Shown: piece after piece, positions 1 to 10,216 of the stretch | How positions within the stretch are numbered: the stretch's first letter is position 1 | Layout: each line of letters starts with the position of its first letter | Origin: an uncultured Actinomycetota bacterium | GTDB lineage: Bacteria > Actinomycetota > Actinomycetes > JAHEKZ01 | DNA length: 64,000 nucleotides | Assembly (NCBI GenBank): GCA_963848085.1 | Contig: CAWKCE010000005.1 | Location: forward strand, 146,282 to 210,281 | Direction: 5' to 3' | The notes under the pieces: generated by a model | What the model was told of the DNA's origin: nothing | The model's database searches: none | What the model saw: only the letters and a program-made list of their open reading frames with translations | Translations under genes and position numbers: made by a program

Positions 1-995
1 ACGTACCCGGCATCGTCGTCGCCGAAAGCGTCGATGACGGCGCTCGGGTCGAACCCGGGCGGGCTGTCCTTCAGTGCGAGGCCGAGGCCGACCAGCTTGA
101 CCTTCACCTCGTCGATCGACTTGGCACCGAAGTTGCGGATGTCGAGCAGGTCCGCCTCGCTGCGGCCGACGAGCTCGCCGACGGTGTGGATGCCCTCGCG
201 CTTGAGGCAGTTGTACGACCGCACCGTGAGGTCGAGCTCCTCGATCGGCAGCGCCATGTCGGCTGCCATCGCGGCGTCAGCCGGCGACGGGCCCATGTCA
301 ATGCCCTCGGCCTCGACGTTGAGCTCCCGGAACAGGCCGAACAGCTCGACCAGCGTCTTGCCGGCACTCGCCATGGCGTCGCGCGGACGCATCGACGGCT
401 TGGACTCGACGTCGACCACCAGGCGGTCGAAGTCGGTGCGCTGCTCGACGCGGGTGGCCTCCACCTTGTAGCTCACCTTGAGCACCGGCGAGTAGATGGA
501 GTCGACCGGGATCCGGCCGATCTCCTGGCCCGGCTGCTTGTTGAGCTCGGCCCGGACGTAGCCCCGGCCGCGCTCGACCGTGAGCTCCATCTCGAGCTTG
601 CCCTTGCCGTTCAGCGTGGCCAGAACCAGCTCGGGGTTGTGGACCTCGACCCCTGCCGGCGGGGCGATGTCGGCTGCGGTGACAACACCGGGACCCTGCT
701 TGCGCAGGTACATGACGACCGGCTCGTCGTGCTCGGTGCTGACCACCAGCTCCTTGACGTTGAGAACCAGGTCAGTGACGTCTTCTTTCACCCCCGGGAC
801 GGTGGTGAACTCGTGAAGAACCCCGTCGATCCGGATCGAGGTGACGGCGGCACCCGGAATGGACGACAGGAGCGTGCGTCGCAGGGAGTTGCCGAGGGTG
901 TAGCCGAAGCCAGGCTCGAGTGGCTCGAGCACGAACCGCGACCGGAAGTCGCTGATGACATCTTCGGCCAGCATGGGCCGCTGAGCGATGAGCAA
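1..995 (-). CDS. rpoA: DNA-directed RNA polymerase alpha subunit, C-terminus runs off window start; TTG start at 993-995
   Basis: Reverse-strand translation gives [40 protein letters not shown]..., classic RpoA N-terminus; GGAGGA SD upstream; no stop inside window so absent from ORF track. Confidence 0.9.
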   Translation of the reverse strand, partial: MLIAQRPMLAEDVISDFRSRFVLEPLEPGFGYTLGNSLRRTLLSSIPGAAVTSIRIDGVLHEFTTVPGVKEDVTDLVLNVKELVVSTEHDEPVVMYLRKQGPGVVTAADIAPPAGVEVHNPELVLATLNGKGKLEMELTVERGRGYVRAELNKQPGQEIGRIPVDSIYSPVLKVSYKVEATRVEQRTDFDRLVVDVESKPSMRPRDAMASAGKTLVELFGLFRELNVEAEGIDMGPSPADAAMAADMALPIEELDLTVRSYNCLKREGIHTVGELVGRSEADLLDIRNFGAKSIDEVKVKLVGLGLALKDSPPGFDPSAVIDAFGDDDAGY

Positions 996-1078
996 GGGAA
1001 TTCCTCCAGTTCCGGGCGCCCGCTATTTGACGCCGTGGACAGGTGCGGCCGTGCGACCGCGGGGCACTGCTGGGGCCG

Positions 1079-1705
1079 CTACTTCGAGTAGAGCTCGACG
1101 ATCAGCTGCTCCTGCACGAGGGTGTCGATCTGCTGCCGGACCGGCAGCGAGTGAACCAGGATGCGCATGCGGTGAGGCATGACCTCCAGCCATGCGGGCA
1201 CGGTGCGCTCGCCCGCCTCGGCGCGTGCCACCACGAACGGCGTCAGCTCGAGCGAGCTCTGCCGCACCTCGACGATGTCGCTGTCGGACACCCGGTAGGA
1301 GGGCACGTCGACCTTGGCGCCGTTCACCTGGATGTGGCCGTGCCGCACGAGCTGGCGGGCCATGTCACGGGACTTGCCGAAGCCGGCCCGGTAGACGACG
1401 TTGTCCAGGCGGCTCTCCAGGATGCGCAGCAGGTTGTCGCCCGTCTTGCCCTTCTTGCCGCTGGCCTCCTCGTAGTAGCCACGGAACTGCCGCTCGAAGA
1501 TGCCGTAGATCTGCTTGGCCTTCTGCTTCTCGCGCAGCTGCAGCAGGTACTCGCTGTCCTTGCTGCGCCCCCGGCCGTGCTGTCCGGGAGGGTAGGGCCG
1601 CATCTCGAACGGGCACTTGGCGGAGTCGCACTTGGAGCCCTTGAGGTACAGCTTGGTCTTGGCGCGCCGACACTTGCGGCAGTCCGCACCGGTATACCTG
1701 GCCAT
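1079..1705 (-). CDS. rpsD: 30S ribosomal protein S4
   Basis: MARYTGADCRKCRR... S4 signature; alpha-operon position. Confidence 0.96.
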   Translation of the reverse strand: MARYTGADCRKCRRAKTKLYLKGSKCDSAKCPFEMRPYPPGQHGRGRSKDSEYLLQLREKQKAKQIYGIFERQFRGYYEEASGKKGKTGDNLLRILESRLDNVVYRAGFGKSRDMARQLVRHGHIQVNGAKVDVPSYRVSDSDIVEVRQSSLELTPFVVARAEAGERTVPAWLEVMPHRMRILVHSLPVRQQIDTLVQEQLIVELYSK

Positions 1706-1735
1706 GATTCTCCTGCTTGCTTCAGTCGGGACGCG

Positions 1736-2137
1736 TCAGACGCGGCGGCGCTTGGGCGGGCGGCAGCCGTTGAACGGCGCTGGGGTGACGTCCTGGATGG
1801 ACCCGACCTCTAGGCCCGCGGCCTGGAGGGCTCGGATCGCCGTCTCACGCCCGGAGCCCGGGCCTTTGACGAAGACGTCGACCTTGCGCATGCCGTGCTC
1901 CTGCGCACGACGGGCGGCGGCCTCCGCAGTCATCTGGGCGGCGAACGGCGTCGACTTACGCGACCCCTTGAAACCCACCTGGCCGGCAGAAGCCCACGAG
2001 ATCACGGCACCACTGGGGTCCGTGATCGACACGATCGTGTTGTTGAACGTGCTCTTGATGTGAGCGTGCCCGTGGGCGACGTTCTTCTTCTCCTTGCGGC
2101 GCGGCTTCTTCGCGCCGGTCTTGCTCTTGGGTGGCAT
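1736..2137 (-). CDS. rpsK: 30S ribosomal protein S11
   Basis: ORF translation matches S11 ([15 protein letters not shown]...). Confidence 0.96.
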   Translation of the reverse strand: MPPKSKTGAKKPRRKEKKNVAHGHAHIKSTFNNTIVSITDPSGAVISWASAGQVGFKGSRKSTPFAAQMTAEAAARRAQEHGMRKVDVFVKGPGSGRETAIRALQAAGLEVGSIQDVTPAPFNGCRPPKRRRV

Positions 2138-2215
2138 ACGCTGATTGCTCCTGGAGATCGTCGGTCCGCGACCCGCAGCTGCCGGACCCGGTGTCCGGCG
2201 GCGGACCTGCGGCTA

Positions 2216-2596
2216 CTACTTCTTGGTGACCTTCTTCTTACCGGCCACTGCCTTGCGCGGACCCTTGCGGCCGCGCGCGTTGGTGTGGGTGCGCTGCCCC
2301 CGGACGGGGAGTCCCCGGCGGTGACGCACACCCTCGTAGGAGCCGATCTCGACCTTGCGGCGGATGTCGGCCTGAACCTCGCGACGGAGGTCACCTTCGA
2401 GCTTGTAGTTCTCCTCGATCCAGTCACGGACCTTCACCAGCTGCTCGTCGGTGAGGTCCTTGGAGAGGAGGTCGGGGTCGACTCCGGTGGCGGCCAGTGT
2501 CGCCCGCGAGCGGGTACGGCCGATCCCGAAGATGTAGGTGAGGGCAACTTCCATGCGCTTGTCGCGCGGAAGGTCGACGCCCACGAGGCGTGCCAT
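2216..2596 (-). CDS. rpsM: 30S ribosomal protein S13 (true start internal to ORF-track entry)
   Basis: [14 protein letters not shown]... at Met46 of the 171-aa ORF; 126 aa. Confidence 0.95.
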   Translation of the reverse strand: MARLVGVDLPRDKRMEVALTYIFGIGRTRSRATLAATGVDPDLLSKDLTDEQLVKVRDWIEENYKLEGDLRREVQADIRRKVEIGSYEGVRHRRGLPVRGQRTHTNARGRKGPRKAVAGKKKVTKK

Positions 2597-2813
2597 GGTG
2601 CTCCTGGTGTTCGTGTCGAAGGTTTCGCGGCCGTACCGGTCCCACGTGTCTCGCGACGCGCGGGTCCCCGGCCTTCGTCCGGGGGTGGCGTCCCGTAACG
2701 GTCCGTTCCGGCGGAACCGGACAGATCGCACGGGGGTCGGGTACAGCCCTGAGGTCAGTGCTGGTCGTGCTCGTATTCAGTTGTCGACGCTGGCCGTGCG
2801 CACCGAGGTGCGC

Positions 2814-2927
2814 TCAGCCCTGCCGCTGCTTGTGGCGCAAGTTCTCACAGATGACCATGACCCGTCCGTGACGACGAATCACCTTGCACTTGTCGCAGAT
2901 CGCCTTGACGCTCGGCTGGACCTTCAT
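2814..2927 (-). CDS. rpmJ: 50S ribosomal protein L36
   Basis: Hand translation [37 protein letters not shown]; too short for ORF track. Confidence 0.93.
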   Translation of the reverse strand: MKVQPSVKAICDKCKVIRRHGRVMVICENLRHKQRQG

Positions 2928-2996
2928 CGTTGACTCCGTGACGTCGGGGTTCTCACGCACCTAGCGTCGCAAGACGCCGGCGTCGGGGGCTGGTGG

Positions 2997-3218
2997 CTAC
3001 TTGTACCGGTAGACGATCCGACCTCGCGTCAGGTCATACGGGCTGAGCTCCACCACCACGCGGTCCTCGGGGAGGATCCGGATGTAGTGCTGGCGCATCT
3101 TCCCGCTGATGTGCGCGAGGACCTTGTGGCCATTGGCGAGCTCGACCCGAAACATTGCGTTGGGCAAAGACTCGACCACGGTGCCCTCGATCTCAATGGC
3201 ACCTTCTTTCTTGGCCAT
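2997..3218 (-). CDS. infA: translation initiation factor IF-1
   Basis: [27 protein letters not shown]... within longer ORF; 73 aa. Confidence 0.95.
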   Translation of the reverse strand: MAKKEGAIEIEGTVVESLPNAMFRVELANGHKVLAHISGKMRQHYIRILPEDRVVVELSPYDLTRGRIVYRYK

Positions 3219-3389
3219 GGTTCCTCTCGCACTCCTGCCGGAGTGTCGTGTCGTCGGGTGATCCGGTCCGGCCCTACCGCCGTCGAGCCACCCTGAGCCC
3301 ACGAGGGGCCAGCCGCAGGGCGTGCCGAGACGACGGCGTCGAGCCGACGCGGCAGTCTACGGGAGACAGCCGGGGGAAGGCCAATCCGC

Positions 3390-3512
3390 CGAGTGCCCAC
3401 CCCCAGGACCCCCCAGCACGCCGAGTGCACGCCCGCGCGGCCCCGCCACGACTTTCGGCTCCGGCCGTGCGCACTCGACGGGGCTGGGTGTCCGCGGACT
3501 GTGCACTCGGCG
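3390..3512. repeat. cluster of GCCGAGTGC / GTGCGCACTCGACGGGGCTGGGTGTCC palindromic motifs (REP-like) downstream of TauE-like gene
   Basis: Repeated GCCGAGTGC decamers at ~3393 and ~3428; near-copy of the 32-bp unit found at 4519-4605 occurs at 3466-3493. Confidence 0.5.
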
Positions 3513-4415
3513 TCAGGGGGTCGGGGCCGGGACGGGGGCGGCTGGCGCCTCGGCGCGCTCGCGGCGCTCGCGCCCACGGGCACGGCGGGCCACAACGGCG
3601 GTCCCGGTCACCATCGCCGCAAACCCCGCCCAGCCCAGTCCGGTCGGCACCTGGGTCACCGCCTGCAGGATCACCATCCCGTTGACTAGGAGGATCAGCC
3701 CGCCGACCATCGTGCCCATGGGGGCCTGGGGAAGCCGGCCGGCCAGCCGGGCAGCGATCGGGGCCACCACCATCCCTCCGGCAACCAGACCGAGGACCGG
3801 TACCCAAGGGATGTCCTCGTGCGCGGCGCCGGTGATGAAGCCGAGCGAGGCGGCGGCCGCGACGATGAACTCCGCAGCGTTGACCGAACCGACGACGCGG
3901 CGCGGCTCGTGCCGGGTCACGGTGAGCATCGACGGGGTGACCACCGGACCCCAGCCCCCGCCGCCGGTCGCGTCGACGAAGCCACCGAGGCCACCGATCG
4001 GGACCAGCCACCGCGCCGTGTGCCCGTGCCTGGGCATGGGAATCAGCCGGACCCCAAAGCCGAAGCGGGCGAAGATCACCAGCCCGAAGAAGAACAGCAG
4101 GCCCGCCATCCAGGCCTTGGCCGAGGCCAGGCTGAGCTCGGTGAGCACCACCGCGCCGACGAAGGCGCCGATCGCGCCGGGAAGCGCCAGCCGCCGGACG
4201 ACCGCCCAGTCGACGTTGCCGTGCCGCCAGTGCGCCAGGCCGCTCACCAGGGTCGTGGGGAGCTTGGCGACGTGGGTAGCGGCCGAAGCCGCCACGGGAG
4301 ACACGCCGAAGGCCAGCAGCAGCGTGGCCGACGTGACGCCGAAGCCCATCCCGAGCGTGCCGTCCACCAGCTGCGCGGCACCACCGGCAAGCGCAAAGGC
4401 GAGAAACCACGCCAT
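3513..4415 (-). CDS. TauE/SafE (DUF81) family sulfite/sulfonate exporter-like membrane protein
   Basis: Multi-TM Gly/Ala-rich protein typical of TauE/SafE; ATG at MAWFLAF preceded by GGAAAGAGGA SD. Confidence 0.8.
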   Translation of the reverse strand: MAWFLAFALAGGAAQLVDGTLGMGFGVTSATLLLAFGVSPVAASAATHVAKLPTTLVSGLAHWRHGNVDWAVVRRLALPGAIGAFVGAVVLTELSLASAKAWMAGLLFFFGLVIFARFGFGVRLIPMPRHGHTARWLVPIGGLGGFVDATGGGGWGPVVTPSMLTVTRHEPRRVVGSVNAAEFIVAAAASLGFITGAAHEDIPWVPVLGLVAGGMVVAPIAARLAGRLPQAPMGTMVGGLILLVNGMVILQAVTQVPTGLGWAGFAAMVTGTAVVARRARGRERRERAEAPAAPVPAPTP

Positions 4416-4518
4416 ATTGTCCTCTTTCCCCATCGACTTAGAAGGAAAAATATCAGCGCTACTGCGGTATTGCAATTTCCGAATCTGAATTCAGTCTTCT
4501 GTGCCGACCACGCCGGCG
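4416..4518 (-). promoter_or_regulatory. unusually AT-rich promoter/5'UTR stretch upstream of TauE-like gene
   Basis: Local AT-rich island in a high-GC genome (ttgcaataccgcagtagcgctgatatttttcc); strong SD before ATG. Confidence 0.4.
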
Positions 4519-4605
4519 GACTGCGCACTCGACGGGGCTGGGTGTCCCCCGAGTGCGCACTCGACGGGGCTGGGTGTCCCCCGAGTGCGCACTCGACGGG
4601 CTAGC
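4519..4605. repeat. 2.5 tandem copies of a 32-bp unit containing the 14-bp perfect palindrome CGAGTGCGCACTCG
   Basis: gagtgcgcactcgacggggctgggtgtccccc repeated directly; sits between map stop and TauE promoter. Confidence 0.7.
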
Positions 4606-5425
4606 GGTGGGCGGGGGTGGCGATGCCCATCGCGGCGAACCGCTCGGCGCCGCCGTCGTGGGCGGTCAGCACCCACGGCCCCTCCGGCGTCAGCGCGACG
4701 GTGTGCTCGAAGTGGGCCGCCCAGCCGCCATCCGCGGTGACGACGGTCCATTCGTCGTCCAGGAGGCGCGTCCGGCGGTCGCCCAGGATGACCATGGGCT
4801 CCACCGCGACCGCCATTCCGGCGACCAGGTGCGGGCCGTGGCCGGGCTGGCCGTAGTTCGGCACGCTGGGCTCCATGTGCATCTGGCTTCCGATGCCGTG
4901 CCCGACGTACTCCTCGACGATGCCGTAGTCGCCCCGTGCCCGGACCGTGGTCTCGACGGCGTGGCCGATGTCGCTGACCCGACCCCCCACCGTGGCGCGT
5001 GCCAGCCCCTGCCAGAGGGCATCCTCGGTCACTTCGGCGAGCGCGCGATGCTCATCGGCAACCTCACCCACACAGATCGTGACCGCCGCGTCGCCGTGCC
5101 AGCCGTCGACGATCGCTCCGCAGTCGACCGACACCAGGTCCCCGTCGTTGATCGTCCGGTCGCCGGGGATCCCGTGGACGATCTCCTCGTTCACCGACAC
5201 ACAGATGGTCGCGGGGTACCCGTGGTAGCCCAGGAAGGAGGGGGTGGCGCCGGCGCCCGAGATGGCGGAGGCCGCCAGGGCGTCCAGGTCCCGGGTCGTC
5301 ATCCCCGGACACGCCGACTGCCGCATCAGCTCGAGGGTGTCGGCCACCACCAGTCCGGCGGCCCGCATGCGCTCGACCTCGACGGCCGACTTGATCTCGA
5401 TCCGGTTCCGGCGGCGCAGGACCAC
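4601..5425 (-). CDS. map: methionine aminopeptidase type I (GTG start)
   Basis: MetAP motifs (VCVSVNEEIVHGIP, HGIGSQMHMEP). Confidence 0.93.
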   Translation of the reverse strand: MVLRRRNRIEIKSAVEVERMRAAGLVVADTLELMRQSACPGMTTRDLDALAASAISGAGATPSFLGYHGYPATICVSVNEEIVHGIPGDRTINDGDLVSVDCGAIVDGWHGDAAVTICVGEVADEHRALAEVTEDALWQGLARATVGGRVSDIGHAVETTVRARGDYGIVEEYVGHGIGSQMHMEPSVPNYGQPGHGPHLVAGMAVAVEPMVILGDRRTRLLDDEWTVVTADGGWAAHFEHTVALTPEGPWVLTAHDGGAERFAAMGIATPAHR

Positions 5426-5428
5426 GGC

Positions 5429-5992
5429 TCAGACCCCGAGCGCGGCGAGAACCCTGCTGGTGACCTCGGCCACGCTGCCCTCACCAGCCACGACACGCAG
5501 GAGCCCCACCCCGGCATAGTGCGCAACGATGGGGGCGGTCTCGGCGTCGTAGACGTCGAACCGGTGACGCACGACTTCCTCGGTGTCGTCGGAGCGGCCG
5601 TCTCGGGCCGCCCGCTCGAGAAGTCGCTGCATGACGACCCCACGGTCCACCGCCAACTCGACGACACCGTCGAGGCTCTCCTCACGGTCGGCCAGGACCC
5701 CGTCCAGGTAGGCCACCTGCGCCAGGTTGCGCGGGTATCCGTCCATGAGAAATCCGGGCAGTGCGTCCGGCTGTGCGAGCCGGTCCCGGACCATCGCGTT
5801 GGTCACCTCGTCGGGGACCAGCCGACCGGAGTCCAGGTATCGCTGAGCCTCCCGCCCGAGCTCGGTGCCGCCCGAGACGTTGCTGCGGAAGATCTCGCCG
5901 GTCGAGATGTGAGGCACGCCAAGGCGGCCTGCCACCGCGGTGGCCTGCGTGCCTTTGCCCGCTCCAGGCGGGCCGACCAGTATGAGGCGCAC
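5429..5992 (-). CDS. adk: adenylate kinase
   Basis: P-loop GPPGAGKGTQA; position after secY. Confidence 0.95.
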   Translation of the reverse strand: MRLILVGPPGAGKGTQATAVAGRLGVPHISTGEIFRSNVSGGTELGREAQRYLDSGRLVPDEVTNAMVRDRLAQPDALPGFLMDGYPRNLAQVAYLDGVLADREESLDGVVELAVDRGVVMQRLLERAARDGRSDDTEEVVRHRFDVYDAETAPIVAHYAGVGLLRVVAGEGSVAEVTSRVLAALGV

Positions 5993-7284
5993 TACCGAAG
6001 GAACCCTTCGTAGTTCCGCTGTTGAAGCTGGCTCTCGATCTGCTTGACGGTGTCGAGGCCCACTCCGACCATGATCAGGATGCTCGTCCCGCCAAAGATG
6101 AAGTTCTGGCCCTGCCCCAGGCTCGAGAAGGCCACCACCGGCAGGACTGCAATGGCACCCAGGTAGATGGCGCCGACCGAGGTCAGACGGGTGAGCACGT
6201 AGTCGAGGTACTCCGCGGTCGGCCGGCCGGCGCGGATGCCGGGGATGAAGCCGCCGTACTGCTTCATGTTGTCGGCGACTTCGTCAGGATTGAAGGTGAT
6301 CGCCACGTAGAAGAACGTGAAGAACACGATCAGGCCGAAGAACAACAAGGCGTAGTACGCCCCAGTGCCCCGCACCAGGTGGGTCTCGATCCACTGCGCC
6401 ACCGGGCCGGTGCTGCCCGTGATCGTGGTGAACAAGACCGGGAGGTACATCATCGACGAAGCGAAGATGACGGGGATGACGCCGGCCTGGTTGACCTTGA
6501 GCGGGATGTAGGTCGAGGTTCCGCCGTACATCCGACGACCGACCATCCGCTTGGCGTACTGAACTGGCACCCGCCGCTGTGCCTGCTCCATCAAGACCAC
6601 GAAGGCCACCACGAGGAGACCGATACCGAGAACGACGAACATGATCCAGTCGCCGCGGCTGGCACGGATCACGGTCAGCTGCCCGGGGAAGCCGGCGATG
6701 ATCGACGTGAAGATCAGCAGGGACATGCCGTTGCCGATGCCGCGGTCGGTGATGAGCTCGCCGAGCCACATGATCACGCCGGTACCGGCGCTCATCACCA
6801 TGATCATCGTGGCGATGGTCCACAGGCTCTCGTTCGGGATGATGTCCAGGTTGCAGCCCCGGATGAGGTTGCCGGACCGTGCGAGCGACACGATTCCCGT
6901 GGACTGCAGAACCGCGAGGCCGACGGTGAGGTACCGGGTGTACTGCGTGATCTTGGCTTGGCCGGCCTGACCCTCCTTCTTGAGGGTCTCCAGCCGGGGG
7001 ATCACCACGACGAGCAGCTGCAAGATGATGCTTGCCGTGATGTACGGCATGATCCCGAGCGCGAAGATCGACAGCTGGAGCAGCGCACCACCGCTGAACA
7101 GGTTGATCAGCGCGTAGAGGCTGTCTCCCTGGACCTGCCGGACACACTCCTGGACGGCGGGGTAGTCGACTCCCGGGGTCGGCACGAACGACCCGATCCG
7201 GTAAATGCCGATCATGGCCAGCATGAAGAGCAGCTTCTTCCGCAGGTCAGGCGTACGGAACGCCTGCGCAAACACGGACAGCAC
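5992..7284 (-). CDS. secY: preprotein translocase subunit SecY
   Basis: 10-TM SecY signature; spc operon position. Confidence 0.95.
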   Translation of the reverse strand: MLSVFAQAFRTPDLRKKLLFMLAMIGIYRIGSFVPTPGVDYPAVQECVRQVQGDSLYALINLFSGGALLQLSIFALGIMPYITASIILQLLVVVIPRLETLKKEGQAGQAKITQYTRYLTVGLAVLQSTGIVSLARSGNLIRGCNLDIIPNESLWTIATMIMVMSAGTGVIMWLGELITDRGIGNGMSLLIFTSIIAGFPGQLTVIRASRGDWIMFVVLGIGLLVVAFVVLMEQAQRRVPVQYAKRMVGRRMYGGTSTYIPLKVNQAGVIPVIFASSMMYLPVLFTTITGSTGPVAQWIETHLVRGTGAYYALLFFGLIVFFTFFYVAITFNPDEVADNMKQYGGFIPGIRAGRPTAEYLDYVLTRLTSVGAIYLGAIAVLPVVAFSSLGQGQNFIFGGTSILIMVGVGLDTVKQIESQLQQRNYEGFLR

Positions 7285-7371
7285 GGTTTGCCCTCCAGCT
7301 GGTCGGGAACCCCTCGGACGATACAGCCCGGCAGGGCCGATGGTGCCAGCCAGCCGGGCTACAGCGGACGG

Positions 7372-7815
7372 TTACTCCAGTTCAGTGGCGGTTCCGCCGG
7401 CAGCGAGGATCTTCTCCTTGGCCGAGCCGGAGAAGGCGTGCACCGTGATCTGAAGGGCTGTCTCGACCGACCCCGCACCGAGCACCTTCACGGGCCGGTC
7501 CTTGCGTACGGCGCCCTTGGCGACGAGGTCATCGACGGTGACCTCTCCGCCCTGCGGGTATAGCGCAGCGATCTTGTCCAGGTTCACGACCTGGAACTCG
7601 ACGCGGAAGGGGTTGGTGAAGCCACGCAGCTTGGGCAGCCGCATGTGCATCGGCATCTGCCCGCCCTCGAAGTTTGCCGGCACCTGGTACCGGGCCTTGG
7701 TGCCCTTGGTGCCGCGACCGGCGGTCTTGCCCTTGGAGCCCTCGCCGCGGCCAACCCGGGTCTTCGCCTTGTGGGCGCCGGGGGCGGGACGAAGGTGATG
7801 GACCTTGAGCGTCAT
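7372..7815 (-). CDS. rplO: 50S ribosomal protein L15
   Basis: [24 protein letters not shown]... Confidence 0.95.
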   Translation of the reverse strand: MTLKVHHLRPAPGAHKAKTRVGRGEGSKGKTAGRGTKGTKARYQVPANFEGGQMPMHMRLPKLRGFTNPFRVEFQVVNLDKIAALYPQGGEVTVDDLVAKGAVRKDRPVKVLGAGSVETALQITVHAFSGSAKEKILAAGGTATELE

Positions 7816-7816
7816 G

Positions 7817-7999
7817 TCAGTCGACCTCCTCGACGGTAATCATGTGGGCAACCGTCTGGACCATTCCCCGGATCTCGGGGCGGTCCTCCTTGACGACGAC
7901 GTCGCCGATCCGCTTCAGCCCCAGCGTTCGCAGCGTCTCGCGCTGGCTGTGGGTGCTGCCGACCTTCGACCTCAGCTGGGTGACCTTGAGACGGGACAT
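7817..7999 (-). CDS. rpmD: 50S ribosomal protein L30 (true start internal to ORF)
   Basis: [32 protein letters not shown]..., 60 aa; ATGA overlap with rpsE stop. Confidence 0.93.
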   Translation of the reverse strand: MSRLKVTQLRSKVGSTHSQRETLRTLGLKRIGDVVVKEDRPEIRGMVQTVAHMITVEEVD

Positions 8000-8598
8000 C
8001 ACGCAGACATCCCTGCCGCGCGCGCCCGGAGCAGGCCCTCGGGCGCCACTTCCTCGAGCGACTTCCCCCGCCGGGCGGCCACCTCTTCGGGACGCTCCAG
8101 GCCCTTCAGCGCGGCCACGGTCGCGTGCACGATGTTGATCGCGTTCGACGACCCCAGGGACTTGCTGAGGACGTCGTGGACGCCCGCACACTCCAGGACG
8201 GCGCGCACGGGTCCCCCGGCGATGACGCCAGTACCCGGAGATGCCGGCTTGAGCAGCACGACTCCGGCTGCATCCTCCCCCTGGATGGGGTGGGGGATGG
8301 TGCCCTGGATCCGAGGGACCTTGAAGAACTGCTTCTTGGCCTCCTCAACGCCCTTGGCGATCGCCGCCGGAACCTCCTTGGCCTTGCCGTAACCGACCCC
8401 GACGGTGCCGTCGCCATCACCGACCACGACCAGGGCGGTGAAGCTGAACCGCCGACCGCCCTTGACGACCTTGGCGACCCGGTTGATAGCCACCACGCGC
8501 TCGACGTACGGGTTCTTGTCCGCGGCGTCACCGCGACGACCGTCGCGTCGACGGTCGCTGCCACCGGTGCTGCCACGGCGCTGCTGTCCGTTGCTCAT
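7999..8598 (-). CDS. rpsE: 30S ribosomal protein S5
   Basis: S5 signature with N-terminal RG-rich extension. Confidence 0.95.
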   Translation of the reverse strand: MSNGQQRRGSTGGSDRRRDGRRGDAADKNPYVERVVAINRVAKVVKGGRRFSFTALVVVGDGDGTVGVGYGKAKEVPAAIAKGVEEAKKQFFKVPRIQGTIPHPIQGEDAAGVVLLKPASPGTGVIAGGPVRAVLECAGVHDVLSKSLGSSNAINIVHATVAALKGLERPEEVAARRGKSLEEVAPEGLLRARAAGMSA

Positions 8599-8631
8599 GA
8601 ACTGATTCCTCTTCTGTGGTTCATCCGGTGG

Positions 8632-9012
8632 TCAGAACGCCAGACCGGCTTCGCGCGCGCCCTCGGCGAGCGCCGCGACGCGGCCGGTGTACTGGTTGCC
8701 GCCCCGGTCGAAGACGATGTCCTCGACCCCGGCCTGCTTGGCTCGGTCGGCCACGAGCTCGCCGACCTTGCGCGCCTGTGCCGTCTTGTCGGCGCCGAGG
8801 GACCGAACGGAGTCCTCCAACGTCGAGGCCGACGCCAGCGTTCGGCCGACGGTGTCATCGACCACCTGGGCGAACATGTGGCGGGTGGAGCGGGTCACGA
8901 CAAGGCGAGGACGCGTTGCCGTGCCGCTGATCTTCTTGCGCACGCGCAGATGACGGCGCGCGCGTGCGGCGCCCTTGCCACTTGCGCGGCGGGACTGAAG
9001 TCCGAGCGACAT
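8632..9012 (-). CDS. rplR: 50S ribosomal protein L18
   Basis: [24 protein letters not shown]... Confidence 0.94.
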   Translation of the reverse strand: MSLGLQSRRASGKGAARARRHLRVRKKISGTATRPRLVVTRSTRHMFAQVVDDTVGRTLASASTLEDSVRSLGADKTAQARKVGELVADRAKQAGVEDIVFDRGGNQYTGRVAALAEGAREAGLAF

Positions 9013-9014
9013 GA

Positions 9015-9554
9015 CTACTTACCAGCCTTTCCGACCTTGCGACGGACGTGCTCGCCCGCGTACCGAATGCCCTTGCCCTTGTACGGCTCCGGCTTGCGGA
9101 TCTTGCGGATGTTGGCCGCGACCTGACCGACCTGCTGCTTGTCGACCCCGGTCACTGCGAACTTGGTGGGACTCTCCACCGCGAACTGGATGCCCTCCGG
9201 CGCCTTGTAGAGCACCGAGTGGCTGTAGCCGACGGCGAACTCGAGGTCCGAGCCCTTGGACTGGACACGGTAGCCGACGCCGACGATTTCCAGCTTCTTC
9301 TCGTAGCCGTCGGTGACGCCGGTGACCATGTTGGCGATCAGGCTCCGCGTCAGCCCGTGGAGCGAGCGGCTTTCCCGCTCGTCGTCGGGTCGCAGGATCG
9401 TGAGCACACCCTCCTCGTCACGGCTGATGGTGATGGGCTCGGTGATCTCGTGGGCCAGGGTGCCCTTGGGCCCCTTGACGGTCACCAGCTGGCCGTCGAT
9501 GGTGACCTCCACGCCCGAGGGCAGGCTGATGGGAAGGCGTCCGATGCGCGACAT
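9015..9554 (-). CDS. rplF: 50S ribosomal protein L6 (true start internal)
   Basis: [22 protein letters not shown]... 179 aa. Confidence 0.95.
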   Translation of the reverse strand: MSRIGRLPISLPSGVEVTIDGQLVTVKGPKGTLAHEITEPITISRDEEGVLTILRPDDERESRSLHGLTRSLIANMVTGVTDGYEKKLEIVGVGYRVQSKGSDLEFAVGYSHSVLYKAPEGIQFAVESPTKFAVTGVDKQQVGQVAANIRKIRKPEPYKGKGIRYAGEHVRRKVGKAGK

Positions 9555-9565
9555 CTCAGCCCCCG

Positions 9566-9970
9566 CTACCAGACGTAGGCGAGGACTTCCCCACCTACGC
9601 CCTTCTTTGCTGCCTGCCGGTCGGTGAGCAGCCCGGAGGACGTGGAGATGATCGCCACACCGAGGCCGCCCAGAACGCGGGGCAGGGAGGTCGACTTCGC
9701 GTACACACGCAGGCCGGGCTTCGAGATTCGCCGGATCCCGGCGATCGAGCGCTCCCGGCTGGGGCCGAACTTCAGGTCGATCACCAGGGTCTGGCCGACG
9801 CCACCTTCGACGTCCTGCACTCGCCAGTCCCTGATGTAGCCCTCCTGCTTGAGGATTTGAGCCACGCCCTGCTTGATCTTGCTCGACGGCATTGCCACTT
9901 CCTCGTGGTACGCCGAGTTCGCGTTGCGCAGACGGGTCAGCATGTCTGCGATCGGGTCGGTCATCGTCAT
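9566..9970 (-). CDS. rpsH: 30S ribosomal protein S8 (true start internal)
   Basis: [17 protein letters not shown]... 134 aa. Confidence 0.95.
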   Translation of the reverse strand: MTMTDPIADMLTRLRNANSAYHEEVAMPSSKIKQGVAQILKQEGYIRDWRVQDVEGGVGQTLVIDLKFGPSRERSIAGIRRISKPGLRVYAKSTSLPRVLGGLGVAIISTSSGLLTDRQAAKKGVGGEVLAYVW

Positions 9971-10028
9971 GTGTGTTCGACACTCTCTCGCCGCGGTTTC
10001 CGGTCCGGGACCTTCGGCGTAGGGGTTG

Positions 10029-10214
10029 CTACCAGGAGCTCTTGGTGATGCCGGGAAGCTCACCTCGGTGAGCCATGTTGCGCAGGCAGATCCGGCACAG
10101 GCCGAACTTGCGGTACACCGACCGGGGACGGCCGCACACGCTGCATCGCGTGTAGCCACGCACCCCGAACTTCGGCTTGGCTGCCGCTTTGTTGATCAAG
10201 GCCTTCTTCGCCAC
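10029..10214 (-). CDS. rpsN: 30S ribosomal protein S14 type Z (zinc-binding, 61 aa)
   Basis: CxxC...CxxC short S14 (RCSVCGRP...CRICLRNMA). Confidence 0.94.
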   Translation of the reverse strand: MAKKALINKAAAKPKFGVRGYTRCSVCGRPRSVYRKFGLCRICLRNMAHRGELPGITKSSW

Positions 10215-10216
10215 GC

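Noticed and set aside
186-1091. 301-aa + strand ORF (and similar long + strand ORFs, e.g. 12131-13468, 17085-18644, 18779-20707, 22179-24485, 24489-26489, 26314-27705, 27877-29250, 38096-38815, 41684-43090)
   Set aside because: Antisense to well-supported ribosomal/RNAP/EF genes. The proteins are Arg/Gly/Ala-rich low-complexity products of the high-GC antisense frame. No recognisable domains.
3274-4488. Large overlapping ORFs 3274-4410(-) and 3322-4488(+) covering the TauE-like gene
   Set aside because: Alternative frames of a GC-rich membrane-protein gene. The TauE frame has coherent TM segments and a proper SD/ATG; the others are Arg/Pro-rich artefacts.
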